Shown here: in pieces, positions 1 through 12,444 of the stretch
Layout: every line of letters begins with the position of its first letter
Numbering within the stretch: the first letter of the stretch is position 1
Origin: Raillietiella orientalis
Lineage: Eukaryota
Reading direction: 5' to 3'
NCBI GenBank assembly: GCA_036172245.1
Contig: JAYWIR010000001.1
Location: forward strand, 7,254,001-7,318,000
Length of the DNA: 64,000 nucleotides
The notes under the pieces: generated by a model
Databases searched by the model: none
Told to the model about the DNA's origin: nothing
What the model saw: only the letters and a program-made list of their open reading frames with translations
Program-made: the position numbers and the translations under genes

Positions 1-3000
1 AGAACTGACGACTCGGTGGAGTTGGAGGAAACCCAACACGCAGTAAACGCTCACGAAATTCTACCCGGTTCGTCAGCATCTTCCAGAAACGTGTCAAACT
101 GTGTGGGTATTCTTCCATTTTTCGAAACACTGTGTGCACAGTTGTCGGGAGACGTCTTGCGATTCCTGTGCATTTGGCAGGGTGTCAAAGGAGGCGAGCG
201 TGCAGCAGCAGTTCGATGAGCCCCTGACACGTCGGAGTCAAAAAAGGGGGAAGAAGAGATGCGTTGGAGAGTACCGAGGCGCACACGATTCCGGGGGCGG
301 TCATGGGGAAGAAGGCCGACCTCCACTGCGGAGCCTGAGTCCTGGCAGCCCCCCCAGCGGATCGGATCCTTGCCGGGGACGCAGAAAACGGAGGAAATTT
401 TCCACAGCGCGAGCACACGTTTTATCTGGAGCACAGGCAAGCATTCCAGAGACCCTGAATCTCCCCGCTCGTTGGGAAAGAGCGGCCCCAACGCAGACTG
501 GACGGTCTAATCTGCACTCACGCAACGTCGACCGTGAAGGAGATGCACCGCGTTCCTCTTATCATCATCGGTGAAGCCGCCTCTTCCTCCAGCGCGGGAG
601 AAAAATCTGCAATTTCTCGGGAGAGTGCGAACTGCTGCGAGCAGCCAGCAGCATCCAGAGATCCAGAACTTGATTTTAGGTGATTCCCTACTATCGGCGA
701 CGACAGCATTTAATCATTGCGCCTAATCACAGCGTGGAACGGTTATAAAACGGAATCACAAGATGATAGTTCGCTAATGTGATCCGCGCAAGGATGTCAG
801 CTCCTCACAGGGGGGCGTCCGTGACAAATAGCTCAGGAGAGCTGCCAGTCGTGGCCCACGTAATGAAAGACTATGCTTTGTCACTCACTGTGCATGCGTG
901 CAGCCATACAAAAATGTCCCACCGTTACCATGCTGCCAATAATTGTGTCACCACAAGAGTTTCTATCCACATGAATTACCGTGCCATATTGAATGTTTGT
1001 TTCGTCAACCAAATGGTTGATCCAACATCTCCCCTGTCCGCGACAGTCGCAAATCTTCTCGAAGACACGGGTCTTGGGAATCCTCGTCCGAAGGAACGAG
1101 CGCGTTCCCGGAGCGTTCCGCTGCGAAAGGCTTGCGTCGCCAGCGCCTTCCGGACGAGGGATGCGCGAATGAAGTTCCGGGCGGCGGTTTCTGGTACCCG
1201 GGAGCAGCAAGAGCGGGGTACGAGCAGGGTGGAACTCCGCCGTCGCTTCCTTTGGTGACCTCGCCCGCTGCAAGGCGGGGCTCGGTGTTCCCTCTGGTCG
1301 CGAGGCAGCCATTTCTTCTTCTCACCGTCCTCCGATCTGCTCCGGAATGGAAGCGGGGGGTAGAGGGAGGTTGGTATCGCGGGTTCGGACCCTGGGTCGT
1401 CGTCCACACGCTGCAGCAGCAGGCAACCTCCGGGCACGTGTCCGGACGCAGGGCTCGAGCCGTTCGTGGGAATCCACCAAAGGGACGGCAGGAAAAAACC
1501 GGTCGGATTCCTCTTTACTTGGCATTTTTGTGACGTCAGGGAGACCATTCCTATGCAATCAAGAGGATGGACTCGAAAGAGGGCGATAGGAGCCAAATTA
1601 ATGTGTGTTCGTTTCCCTCCCCCCCCTCCTTCCAGAGTGAAGAACGGCGCGCGCAGCCTTGACATTCGAAGCTTCCAAACTCGGCGATAGCGACCATCCC
1701 ATCTCTTTCTGTGGCGGAGGTTGTCTTCCGCGCTCCTGCACCAGGAGGAACAGTGTCAACTAAGGCAATTTTTCGCGCGGCAGCGGAATTGTCGGCAGGC
1801 GCCGTTGGTCGCAGAGGTACGAAGTTGCGACCGAAGTGCGTCGGAGTTTGGGGCGAAGAGAGGCAGGTCGTCACATGATGGACAGCTGCGAGTTGGTGAA
1901 CTTCCCTGGAAGAGGTAGTCGAAATGGAGATCGCCAGCATCCAGTTCCGGTTCCAGAACGAAGGGACGACCTGCGTGTGTCGGTGGACCCTTCATCCTTG
2001 AACTTCTTTCTGTTTCCCTTCGGGAACCGCGTTCCCGATTCGTTCTCCCTTTTTTAATGAACGCTCCTGCGTGACCGGAAGAAAAATCTCTTTCAGAATG
2101 TTTTGAGAGAGTGATCAGGTACGCCCGTTAGGGCCACCTCGACCGGAAGTGAGCGGGAGTTTCTTGCAGCCACCTTCACTGGAAGGGACCGCTCGTGAGG
2201 ACAGCAGGCCAGCGGCGGAAGGCATCAAGGCCTCCCCCTACCGCGACGAGAGTGGCACTCGGTCTCTTTCGTTCCCTGATCCGGAATGCATCCTTCGCAA
2301 CGGAGACCACTCACTCCGGGTCAGCACCTCGTCCAAGCTCTCCTGCACCGGGCGGAAAATCGACACGGTGCCGGCACACTCAGGATAACTTAGGCGTCCC
2401 GTTTGCGGAAGGAAGCAACAAATCCCGAAGGCACGAGCGGTAAAAGTAGGACGCCGATTCCTGGAGAGTGCACTTTGAGGGAGCGATGGCTGGTCAGAGG
2501 GACCTTCAGCACGGCGGAAACGCGTGTCTCTCTTTGCTGCTGACTCCTGCCTGAAACTCCATGGCATTCCTTCGTGGTTCTCTCGGGAAACCAGGCTCAT
2601 CTGCACGAACGCTCTCCGCTTGATCTTCTGGCTCCACAAGCGCCACGCTGCGGCGTCCCCGTCTAGACAGCCCAGATTCCGCAGAAGCGATTCCAGGAAG
2701 TGCGTCCCCTTCAGGAGTGTGGCAGGTAAACATCGAACTCGTGCGTCGTCGGACGGGCGAGAGAACCGCAGCGTCAGATCGCTGAGCGAAAATCAACGTG
2801 CGCCTTGAGCACGCTCTCCCCGCCTGCTACCACCGGCGACGGCTGGAGGCGCTTTTTGAGATTATTCGAATTTTGCTTCAGGGGCAATCGGTACGGGGTT
2901 TCCCTGTACTTTCCAGCATCCATTCATCCGAATGGAAGCTCTTTGGAAGTCATCCATCCTGGTGGATAAGTGTTCCTGTCCCTGTTCTTTTGTCACTGTC

Positions 3001-5281
3001 CTTTCCCATGTTCTTGTTCCCGGAACGTGTCCCAGGTGTGAAGGATGTTGATGCATGCCATCGTAATTCGTATATCATGCCTTTCTTTCCCAATGGATCG
3101 CGAGTTCCGCGGGCATTCGCCGCTGCTTGGGTTCTGGGCTGCCATTGGTGCTCGCGTCGAACAGGACAGGAAGCAGCTTCTCGGTCCTACCTCTTTTCTC
3201 CTCCTTGCCTCTCTTCCCATGCTGTTGCCGGCCCTCTCACATGGCGCTGACGACGTCGAGCACTCGACCTTCGTTAGGGAGGCGCTGGTCTCCGGTTCAG
3301 CTCGTCCTCACGATCTTGAGCAGTTTGAGGACGCCAGCTCCCTTTTTTCTCTCCCGCTGCTCCCATGACGAGACTGACGCCGGGAGATCACGTCTCTTAG
3401 CAACGAGTCTGGAATCTCGCACCCCCCGCGACTGAGGACGTGCGCCAAGGACTCCGCCCGTACTGAGCACCTCCCGAGCGTTCGATCACAGCCGCTCCTT
3501 GTGGGCGCTGCCTCGCAGGCGGGCAAGTTGGGAAGAGGGCAGCCTTCACACGACAATAGATGGAAAATGAGCAGCTTCCAGTTCTGATGCCGCCGTCCGG
3601 TATGACGAGGATTTCGTCCGAGCTCCCCTGTGCCTTTCGTTGGGATCTTCCTTGGCAAGGAAAGTAACTTGTGAGGCAGGAACAACACCTCCGTGATGCT
3701 TAAAGAAACAATTGCGGGCTGTTCCTGTCGGCGACCGAACACCGGGGAGGAGAAGCGAAGCACTCCTCACGAAGATATCCCTTTCACTATTCCCCTCCCT
3801 CCTTCCAAGGGTTTCTTGAATCTTCTATTCAACTCCTTCTCTCGGGTGTCTCGGACTCGCCGAGCTTGCGTTCTTTTGATCCCATGGGATCCGAATATCC
3901 CATGGGCGGTGCTCTTCGTTTCATCAGTAGGGACGCAGATGGCATTCAGGGTATCAGTCGGGAGAGTTGCTGCCGTCGCGAACCGATCTTCGGCACTTGC
4001 GGCTCTTTTTTGATCGCTTTGTTCAAGAACAAGAGCAGGGACAAGAAAAGGAACAAGAACAGGGAGTTCCCAGACTGCAAGTACGGTCACTCCTGCAGCT
4101 CAGCCCGAAACCTTTCGAAGCCGGAACGCCCTAGCCATCAAAACAAGGAACTGAGGACAAGGAAGACTGTCTCTCTTTTCGGAGCTGCATTCTTCGTTCT
4201 TTCGCGCACCAGAGGCAAATAGCCGGAAAGATAAATCCTTCCCAAGGAGGCGGGATCTTTCTCTTTTATTTTTTCCTGCCACCTGCCCTCCAGCAGCCAC
4301 GCTTTTCTCATTACGAACGCGAGCCGCAATGGGCGTACGATGACGGCAAACCAATTCCTCTTGTCAAGAACACCTGACCACTCTTGGAAGGGTGAAAGAG
4401 AGAGCGAAAAACCTCGAGGCTCTCTTTCTGGGTAGGGGAGCGGCTGCACTCCGGAACGCCTTGCCAACTGACGTGACGCCGTTCATCGCGCGCGCGTGAG
4501 CGAGCGCGTCGCGACTTCTGAAGAGGCCTGGCTGCTCCCCCTTCCTGCGTCAGCAGCAGCCTCGGAGCGCGTTCCCCTCTTCAGCCGCACTTCCAGTATC
4601 ATCTAGGGGATGCGTCCAACATCCGCGTCTGATGGTGCTGCACACAGTCCGACCTGACTCTTCTTGGGCTCCCCAGTCCGTCCGGGGTCACGCCGTCCCC
4701 ACCCTTCGTTTTCTTGCCTGAGGGTTGTTTCGGACGAGCAAGGAGCCTTCCTGGAAACCTTTTCCACTGTCGTCATTTCCTCTCGAGGCATTCTTGGAGC
4801 ACCAGAGAGCCTGCACTGTTGGTTCGCCATCCGGCGCGCAAGCCACCTTCTTCCGGTCACGGCTCTCTGAAAGGTCATTCCTTCGTTCTCCCTTCGGTCC
4901 AACGACAGCATGCGAATCGTCGCTTGCCCGCTGGGGAGAAGGGGACTGCGCAGTCCCAGCCCGCAGTGCCCCTGTTTACCTGCCCGCGAGCCGGCGGAAG
5001 CAGTTCTTGAAGCTCGTTTCCGCTTCACGCTGGAATCAGCCGGTATCCCATGACGACAACCTCCGGGAGCTCCGCGGAAGGGGATACGGAAGGCACTTTC
5101 GAGGTTCCGTGTGGTGAGAGCATGCAGAGGGCCGAATCAACCCCTTCTCCCCCCGGTGGTGGTTCGGCTCTCTGCTCGCTTTCTTCGTCAGGCGTCTTCT
5201 CAGCTAGTCTGCGACGGCAATGGCAGCAGCATTTCCCCTTCCCATTTGGGGAGCCGCAGCATCCCTGAGCTCAAGATCGGG

Positions 5282-5472
5282 ATGACGCGACTAAGCGAGG
5301 ATGATGGAGAGGTCTCTGTGACGCATGCCTCCGGCTACTCCCCAGGGCTGGGAGTCAATGGTCGGAGCTCGGGAGCTCCGATGCCCATAGATCTCCCTTG
5401 CATTCTCACTGGGGGATCGACTCCATTCTGCCGGAATGGCTGTCTCAGCAACAAGAAGGTTGTGGTGGTCAG
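5282..5472 (+). CDS. Candidate distal alternative first coding exon of EAAT (MTRLSEDDGEV...NGCLSNKKVVVVR-)
   Basis: Open frame ending at donor CAG|gtgagg in phase 2; promoter-like CG/TGACG-rich stretch upstream at ~4465-4600. Confidence 0.4.
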
Positions 5473-8400
5473 GTGAGGGTCGCCGGCTCTCGCCTGAGCG
5501 GCGACAGAGAAGCCCGTGATCACGGTGGCGCGGCCGGGTGCAAACAGGAAGCCCCACTCGCTCACCCGAATCGATCCAGGTCAGTTCCGCCCGTCCTCGC
5601 TTCTCTCATCCTGGCGGGAACGCTGGCATTTTTCCTGGGTCATCCTCGGGCAGCGGCGCTCCAGGAACATCGGCTACGCTCACCCGCTTTCCGGAGGGAT
5701 TTCTTTTCGGTCCTTCTTGTCAGCTGGAAGCTAAATTCTTTCCAGAAATGGGCCTTCTCTCCGTTGACCTGTCTCTTGCCGCCGCCTTTAAACTTTTCTC
5801 ATCCCGGAGAGGCGGTCCGCGTTCGGGGTGGGCGGGAGAAGACGGACTCGGCGGCTGATATCACTAAAGGGGGAATCGTCCTTGCAACCCGGCACGGTAG
5901 GTGGCACTGTTACTCGTGGCCACGGTCCCGGCAGCGGCACGCTCTCTCCTATGCAAAGGAAAGTCTTCCGCGAAGGCCAGAGCGAGAGGGGGGAACGGCC
6001 CACAGTACGCCTGCTGCCTCAGCCGCCGCTGCTGTGGGGACGGCGACGCCATCGCTCCGTTTCGAGCCTACCGCCTGCTTTCCCCGCGTCCCCCCCGTCC
6101 GTGCTTTCAGATCGAGGGAGACGGTGCCAGCTTGGTGCTTCTAGAAGTCTCTCTCTTGCTCCTTCGTCTCCAGAAGCAGCCACGGCACGCACTGTAGGTG
6201 CTGATGTCCGGGAGCCATCGTTCGCACCGCCCGCCGCCAGGTTTCCGGGCAGAGAGGGAGAGGAGAGTTCTCCCCTGGAGGGATCCGTGTCCCGTTTGGG
6301 ATTCCCCACTTTTTTTTCGGAGTTATCTTGGCTAGAACGTCCGGCTAGTTTTTCTCCAGATGACCCATGGTCAGCTGGCGAAGACTATGAATCGTATGCT
6401 TCCTTCCCCACCCTACCGCCCCAATTTCTGACGGACTGTAAGTAGGGAATGAAAGAGGTACGACTTCAGCTGTCTCAAAATACCGCCAGGGAAGCTGCAG
6501 CTGGGGTCAACTCCGCGGTTGGCTTCTTGGTGGCCCTCACGATGTGGCCGGGCATCTCCGGAAAGCCCCGCAGGAGGGGGAAGACCTACTCGTGAGGTGA
6601 ACTCTTTTGCTGCCGAAATCTGGGCTTCCTGTGGCTTTTCCATCGTAGCATGACCGACGGATCAGGAGCGGTCGTCATGGGAATCTGGGATCCTCGCCAC
6701 GGGAGCGTCCGGCTGTCCAGTACCTGGAAGAAGGAAGTTGCGTCAAAGTGGAGTTCGCAGGGCTTCCCATGGGGGAAGGAGGGTCTCTCGGGGACTTCCC
6801 CGAGCTCTGTTGTTACCAAACGAGGTCGGGCGATAATCCGGGAAGGTGTTGAACCAAGGAATGGCATACTGCAACCGGTGCTTGCTGGTCCCAGCTGCGC
6901 AAGCGTTGGTGGCCGAGTCCGTCGTTGCGCTCCCCATCTTGTCCTTCAGTATGTAAGAGATGGGATTTGCACTTGGAGAAACGACCTTCTCGAGCTGACG
7001 GTCATCCTGGAGGAAGGCAGGTAGCTGGGTGTTCGGGTAGACTGGGAACGACTTGGGTCACTGATCTGCCCAAGTCCTCACGCTCCCGATGGAAAAGGAT
7101 GAGGAAGGGGGGAGAGTCCGTGGACGAACACCAAGAGTGTCTGTCTCTGCCAGGTTCATGAGGAAACATCCCGATGGCGTTCCACTGACTCAGGAGTGGT
7201 GTGGTCTTCCCTCTGGGAGTCCCAAGTGCTTCCTCTTTCCTTTTTTTCCTTCCTTCCTCTTCGCTCGGACGTGAGACGTTCGGAGCGGCGTGCCATGGCC
7301 ACTAGAGAAGAAGGAGGAGTAGGCGGAGGAGAAGGAAGAGGGGAAAATTTTGCCTTCTCCCCAGGCGCCTCCTTGCCTTCACCCTCCCAAGACGCTCATC
7401 GGCAGGATTCCGATGCGTGAATCCGACCTTGCCACTCCTCCCATTGAAGAGAAATCCTCCTTGCTCGTGCAAAAGGAGTCTTCCTGTTAATTCCTCGAGG
7501 ATAACATGGATTCGATGACCTTGGAGGCGAATATCTTCCCTTTTCTCCACCTTCTCCTCCTCCCCTTTCTCTTCCTCTTCTTCTTGCTATTCTCCACCTC
7601 TTCTTCTTCCTTGACTATTCCGATTGATCCAGTGGTGGCTCAGCACGTCATGACCGGCTGCCCCTGGAGTAGCCGTCTTTTCCGTGCTAGCGCCGCCGTC
7701 TTCGTTCCCGATCCTTCTCTGTTCTCCTGGAGCGGGTGTGCCTCGAATGGTTTGCTCTGGAGCGCTTCGCCTGCTCAGGAGCCGGGCGAATTCCAAGGGC
7801 GGAGGGCCCCAGCTCTGGCCTTGTCTGTCGCCAGTGCCAGGGACAGGTGCCTGCACTCCAGCCACACCTCCAGGCGAAGACATGCCTCCTACCAACAGGC
7901 AGAGGATGTCCCGGGGAGGGAAGATCGCCATGAGGAACTGTGGAGGGCGATCGCGACGGGCGAAGGATAGAGGAAGAGGGACTCGGGCTTGACCCTCCGA
8001 GAGAGGGCAGAGGGTTTTCCCCTGCTTCCGCTTCTTCCCCCTCTTGAGACATCCCCTCTCGAGAATCCCCATCTCCTCGCGAACGGGAGGGGTTGAGAAC
8101 TGCGACGAGCGTAGGGGTGGGGAAAGATGGTCCCCGAAAAGGCGGGAACGGTGGACGAGGGATGGAGGCTTCCAGCCGCAGGTTGGAGAAGTAGGATGAA
8201 GGGGGTTGGGGTGGAGGGTGAAACGTGTCGATGACCCTTTCCCTCCTCCCTGGGGACGAGTCTGTCTTTTCTTTTCGTCCTGCCTGAGCATCATCGCCGA
8301 GGAGCGACCTTTCCTGCATCTCGGTTTCTTGTCCGGGCTGCTCTCCCTCGAGAGAAGGATCCGGGAGACGCCTCTCCCTTCCCACTCCCTCCTTCGGGAA

Positions 8401-11330
8401 GACTTGGGAACGAACCGAGTTCCCCGGAGGCGCGGTTCAAAGAGGAGCTGCTGCGGGATCCGAAAAAGGGAGACAGAGGACCTCTCGAGAGCCTTCTTCT
8501 CGGTCTCCAGAAGGAACCCTACGTGTAGGGGAGGAAGGGGGGAGGAGCTGCCGGAGTACTCGCGGATGCTGGAGGAGGGTGCGGTGCTCGACCTTAGCGC
8601 CCGCAGGGATGGGCCGGTGCAGTGCGCCCTTCCAGGAAAGAGGGGACTCCTGGTGTCTTCCCCGCTTCGCCACCCCTTCCGTCCAAGGGACAGTTGAGCC
8701 CAACCGCGGCTTCGGAGGGCCCTCGGGCCGAGGGTTGGTCTCTGCGACAGTCGACAAGCATGGCGGAGCCAGGGGCGCCACAAGCGTCCTCAAGAGAGGA
8801 GGAGGACGGATCATTGTTGCCGGAAGCAGCGGCTCTGAAGGGGAGGGGGAGGGCCCAGGGGTCATCTGGATGCCCCTCTTCTTTAAATTATGGTGCAGCA
8901 CGCTCCGAGCAGGGTAGGCGGCGTTCCTTGGTGACTGGATGCTACGTCACTCTTGGCCTCACGAGCACTCTCGACCCTGTTTGGAGGGCCACGTGTCATT
9001 TTGTTCCCGGGGCAGTCCGACCTTCGAAAGAAGGCCGACGCTCCTCTCTTCCCTTCTTCCGACGGCCGCTGGTCGCTCCCCCACCCTGCCCGACAGCCGT
9101 CCTGGAGCAGAGGTTTCTCCCACTCTTTTGCTCTTCCCTCCCAAGGCTGGCTTTCCCCCCTCCAGGGACGTGCTTCCTGCCCATCGCTCTCCGCGGGGCT
9201 CTCTTCCGGGACGCTGAGCCAGCGAGATGGCACAGCTCGTCGCTACCTTTCGATCTCGGGGAGCCGAAGGAGCTGTAAGGCACAGCCCATAGCGTGGGCA
9301 CCCCTCTTTGGGAGGATCTCCTCCCCTCCCCCTGGCAGAGGACGTCTCTCTCGAAACCTCCCTCCTCGGCAGCTTCTTCCAGGATTGGGGTCGAGTCCGC
9401 GGGAGGTTAGACGCTCGTCCTTGCACCCCCCCTTCACGCCTCCGCCGTAAACAATGGCGTGACGCGACTGCCCCTCGCTGATCGCCAGCTGGGAACGGGA
9501 GTGTTCCCGGGAGTCTCCGAAAGATCGAGGGGAAAACGAAGAGGGAAGGACAGGTCCCGTTCTCCTTCCCTCCTCTTTCCGCTTGTTCTCTCACTGCACG
9601 CGCGTCACCTGGAAGACGAAGGGGAATCTGCCAGCGACCCCTCCGCGATCCGTCAGTGGCTCCCTGACTCCTTCGTGGGACTCTCGGAGATCCTCGCTGC
9701 TGCAGGTGTCGGAATCCGCAGGCAGCACGGTCCGCGCGCGCGCCCCTGCGGGTTTTCCTCCAGGAGCGGCGGCTCCGCTCCTGGCGCTCAGCCGCCACCC
9801 ACGATCCTCCCGCGCGGCCGGAAGTATCGATCGGCTTCTCCTTCCTCCCCCTCCCCCTTTTTGGCGTGCGCAGGTCCCTGCTGCTGCAACGCGCGCGTGG
9901 GGGCGGGAGGGATCCCCCTGCAGGACAGGAGGAGCCGTCCTCCTGGGATCGCGGCGTCTTCCTCGTCTGGACGGAGCCACCGGGACTCTGGAGGGAGGCC
10001 GGGATCTTTTCATACCGGTGCGCGGCTGCGGCTCGTAAGAGGGAGGAAGGCACAACCGAGCGGTAGGCAAGGGGGAAGGAGGGAAGTGGGGGAAAGGGGG
10101 GTGAGGAAGCTGGAGGGTCGGAGGAGCACAGTAAGTTGCTCCGGACAATAGGGAAAGACCCCCTGGTAGCCAGGCGGCCCCGAGAACGAACGCAGGAGAG
10201 ACCAAGGATAACGGATCGGTGCCCATGCAGAAAGGGGAAGGAGTCGACCTTCAAGCTCGCGCTCCCCCGAAGTTGCAGGCGCCATCAAGGACATGGCTGA
10301 AAGAAGGACCCTGCCTTCTTCCCCCCCCCTCCCGTGCGGACGTGGCCCGGAGACCGGCGAGTGAGCTCTGCGTTCCCTCGATGACCGTGCTCGGCGTGGT
10401 CTGGGGTGGGGGTTGGCGGCGGATTTGCCCTTCTCCTCAAAAAACAACAGCGCCCTCTCTTCCTTTCTTGAACGGAGGATCGAGGAGACCCTTCGCCTTC
10501 CGAAGGAGGGGACGTGGTGGGCAACCAGGGGAACCTCCCCTCTCTCTTTTCCCCGGAGGGACGCAGGACCCCCGGGACGAGAACGGGAGGTGCGCGCATA
10601 AAAGGAGGAGGTCTGAGGGAGGAATTGGGCGAGCGTTCTCTGGGCCCTCTCGGAAGGAACGGGAGACGGGACGTGTGCGCTACTCCAGGGGAAGCCACCG
10701 TCGCATCCCTCGTTCTTCCTGGACCCTCGGAGGACCTTCAACAGCTTTTTTATTTAGAAAATAACATTACAGTTTACATATATGCAGGAGGGCTTTAACT
10801 TTGATCTTGGCCAAAAGGCTGAGAAGCGGAGGCTGGAAGAAGGAGCCATGAAAGGGAGGCGGGGTGAGGAGAGAGGAGGCAGCGTCTTCTCCCAGGAACG
10901 CGTGCGCGCCCTTCCAGCGGGGGGTGACCGAACACCTGCTCGCGAGCTGCTTTTTTTCTTTGGAGCCCCAGGGATCGTCAGGTAGGAGTAAGGGATGCGA
11001 TTCCCAGTACAGCGTCCCAGGTCCAGAAAGCCAGGAAAGAGGCCATCTGCGACCGATGCCCTCGGTGGGGGCGCGCTCTTTGCTGTCCTCGCTTTCCTCG
11101 AAGGGATTTCCCCTTTCTGGGAATCCGGGATTTCGGGGATGGGACCCCGCCTTCCCGTGGCTGCCGAACGAGTTCCAAAGAAGCGAAGTCCAAGGCCAAG
11201 GAGACCCGCGGCGCCTCCGTGCTGCTCGCGGGCGCCACGGCGACAGCTGGGCGCTTCGACGCCGTGGGCATCGCCTCCGTTCTCGTCCCCAGCGGAGTGC
11301 TCCGGGGCAAGTGAGTCCGCGTCTTTTGGA

Positions 11331-12444
11331 GGCACGGTCACCGCCATATGCCCTCCTCTAGGAGGCGCGAGGTAACAGTGCCCGTACCTCCGCTCGCGCC
11401 AAGCTGAGGGTCGGGGCGAAGGGAGACGTGGCGTTCGAGGACACCCTCCGGGGTGCCCAGCGAGAACGCTCGCCCCTTTGGGCGGTTGGCCGGAAAGCAG
11501 GCGGTGCTTCGTCGGGTGCGCACCACCCTGAGACCCCACCTGATGCCTTTAGATGGAAGGCGTGCCCTCCCCTGTCCCGCTCCTCTTCACTCCGCTTTCA
11601 AGGCAACGTCGGTGCTGCTCGTTCTCAGCAGCTGGGTCTCCGCATCGCGAAAGTGCTACTTCCCCCTACCTTCCTGCCCATCCCGAAGAGGAGAAGCTTC
11701 GCGATGGGGAGGTCGTTGCCACCTCCGGGCCCGTCCCGGTCTCAACTGGAGAAGGGACAGATCAGAGGGTCTTCTGGAGGTCTCTGGCAAAGGGCCGCGA
11801 AGGGTCAAGGGCGAGGGAGGTAAGAGGAAAGGAAAAGGACTGAAGAAGGGCCGAGGAGGTCGCTGACGACCCGGTTGTCCCCGCTCATGGTTTACGTGAC
11901 CTCTCCGCTCGGTCTCCCCCTCCCTCCCTCGCGGGCTGGAGGAGGATTGTGGCTGCCGCCGTGTGCCCTCCGGGCCGTGCTGCCCGCGAGAAGGCAGTGA
12001 AAGCAAGGAGGGAGGGAAACGGGCCACGCGGCCACGCCCCGACTCCTCGCTGGGAGCGATTCGAGCGGGACCTTGAACCTGGAGGAGGAGGAAAGGCGGT
12101 GCTCTCCCCTCTTCCCCTCCTCCGTTTCCTCTTCCTCTTCGGAGATGCGCCCTGGGAGGCTATGAGCTAGCGCCACCTTCTGGGAGAGATTTGGAGCTCA
12201 GCCGGGCGCAGCGACAACTAAGGTTGACGAAAGGGGACGAAAAGGGCGGGGTCTTCTGGCGGCAACGCTCCCTGAGGGGGTTCTGGGAGCCAGCTCCAGC
12301 TCCAGGCGTTCTCGCTGCGCACCCCGGAGGGTGTCCTCGAACGCCACGTCCCCCTCCGCCCTGACCCGCAGCTTGGCATGAGCGGAGGGACGGGCACTGT
12401 TGCCTCGCGCCTCCGAGACGAGGGCATATGGCGGTGACCGCGCC
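11331..12444. mobile_element. MITE-like non-autonomous element or long inverted repeat: 139-bp TIRs (11331-11469 and 12306-12444), possible 4-bp TSD TGGA
   Basis: The two arms align as reverse complements without gaps, with 12 mismatches by manual count. Flanks are tttTGGA|GGC...GCC|TGGAgc. No transposase is recognisable inside. Confidence 0.75.

Noticed and set aside
2970-4070. Loose inverted similarity between 2970-3025 and 4021-4070 (gaacaagaac/agggaca motifs)
   Set aside because: Low-complexity purine-rich match that cannot be aligned over a convincing length.
10782-11823. Further phase-2 donors at 10981 (CAG|gtagga) and 11819 (GAG|gtaaga)
   Set aside because: No supporting acceptor or promoter context; the second lies inside the MITE-like element. 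Compatible with chance.
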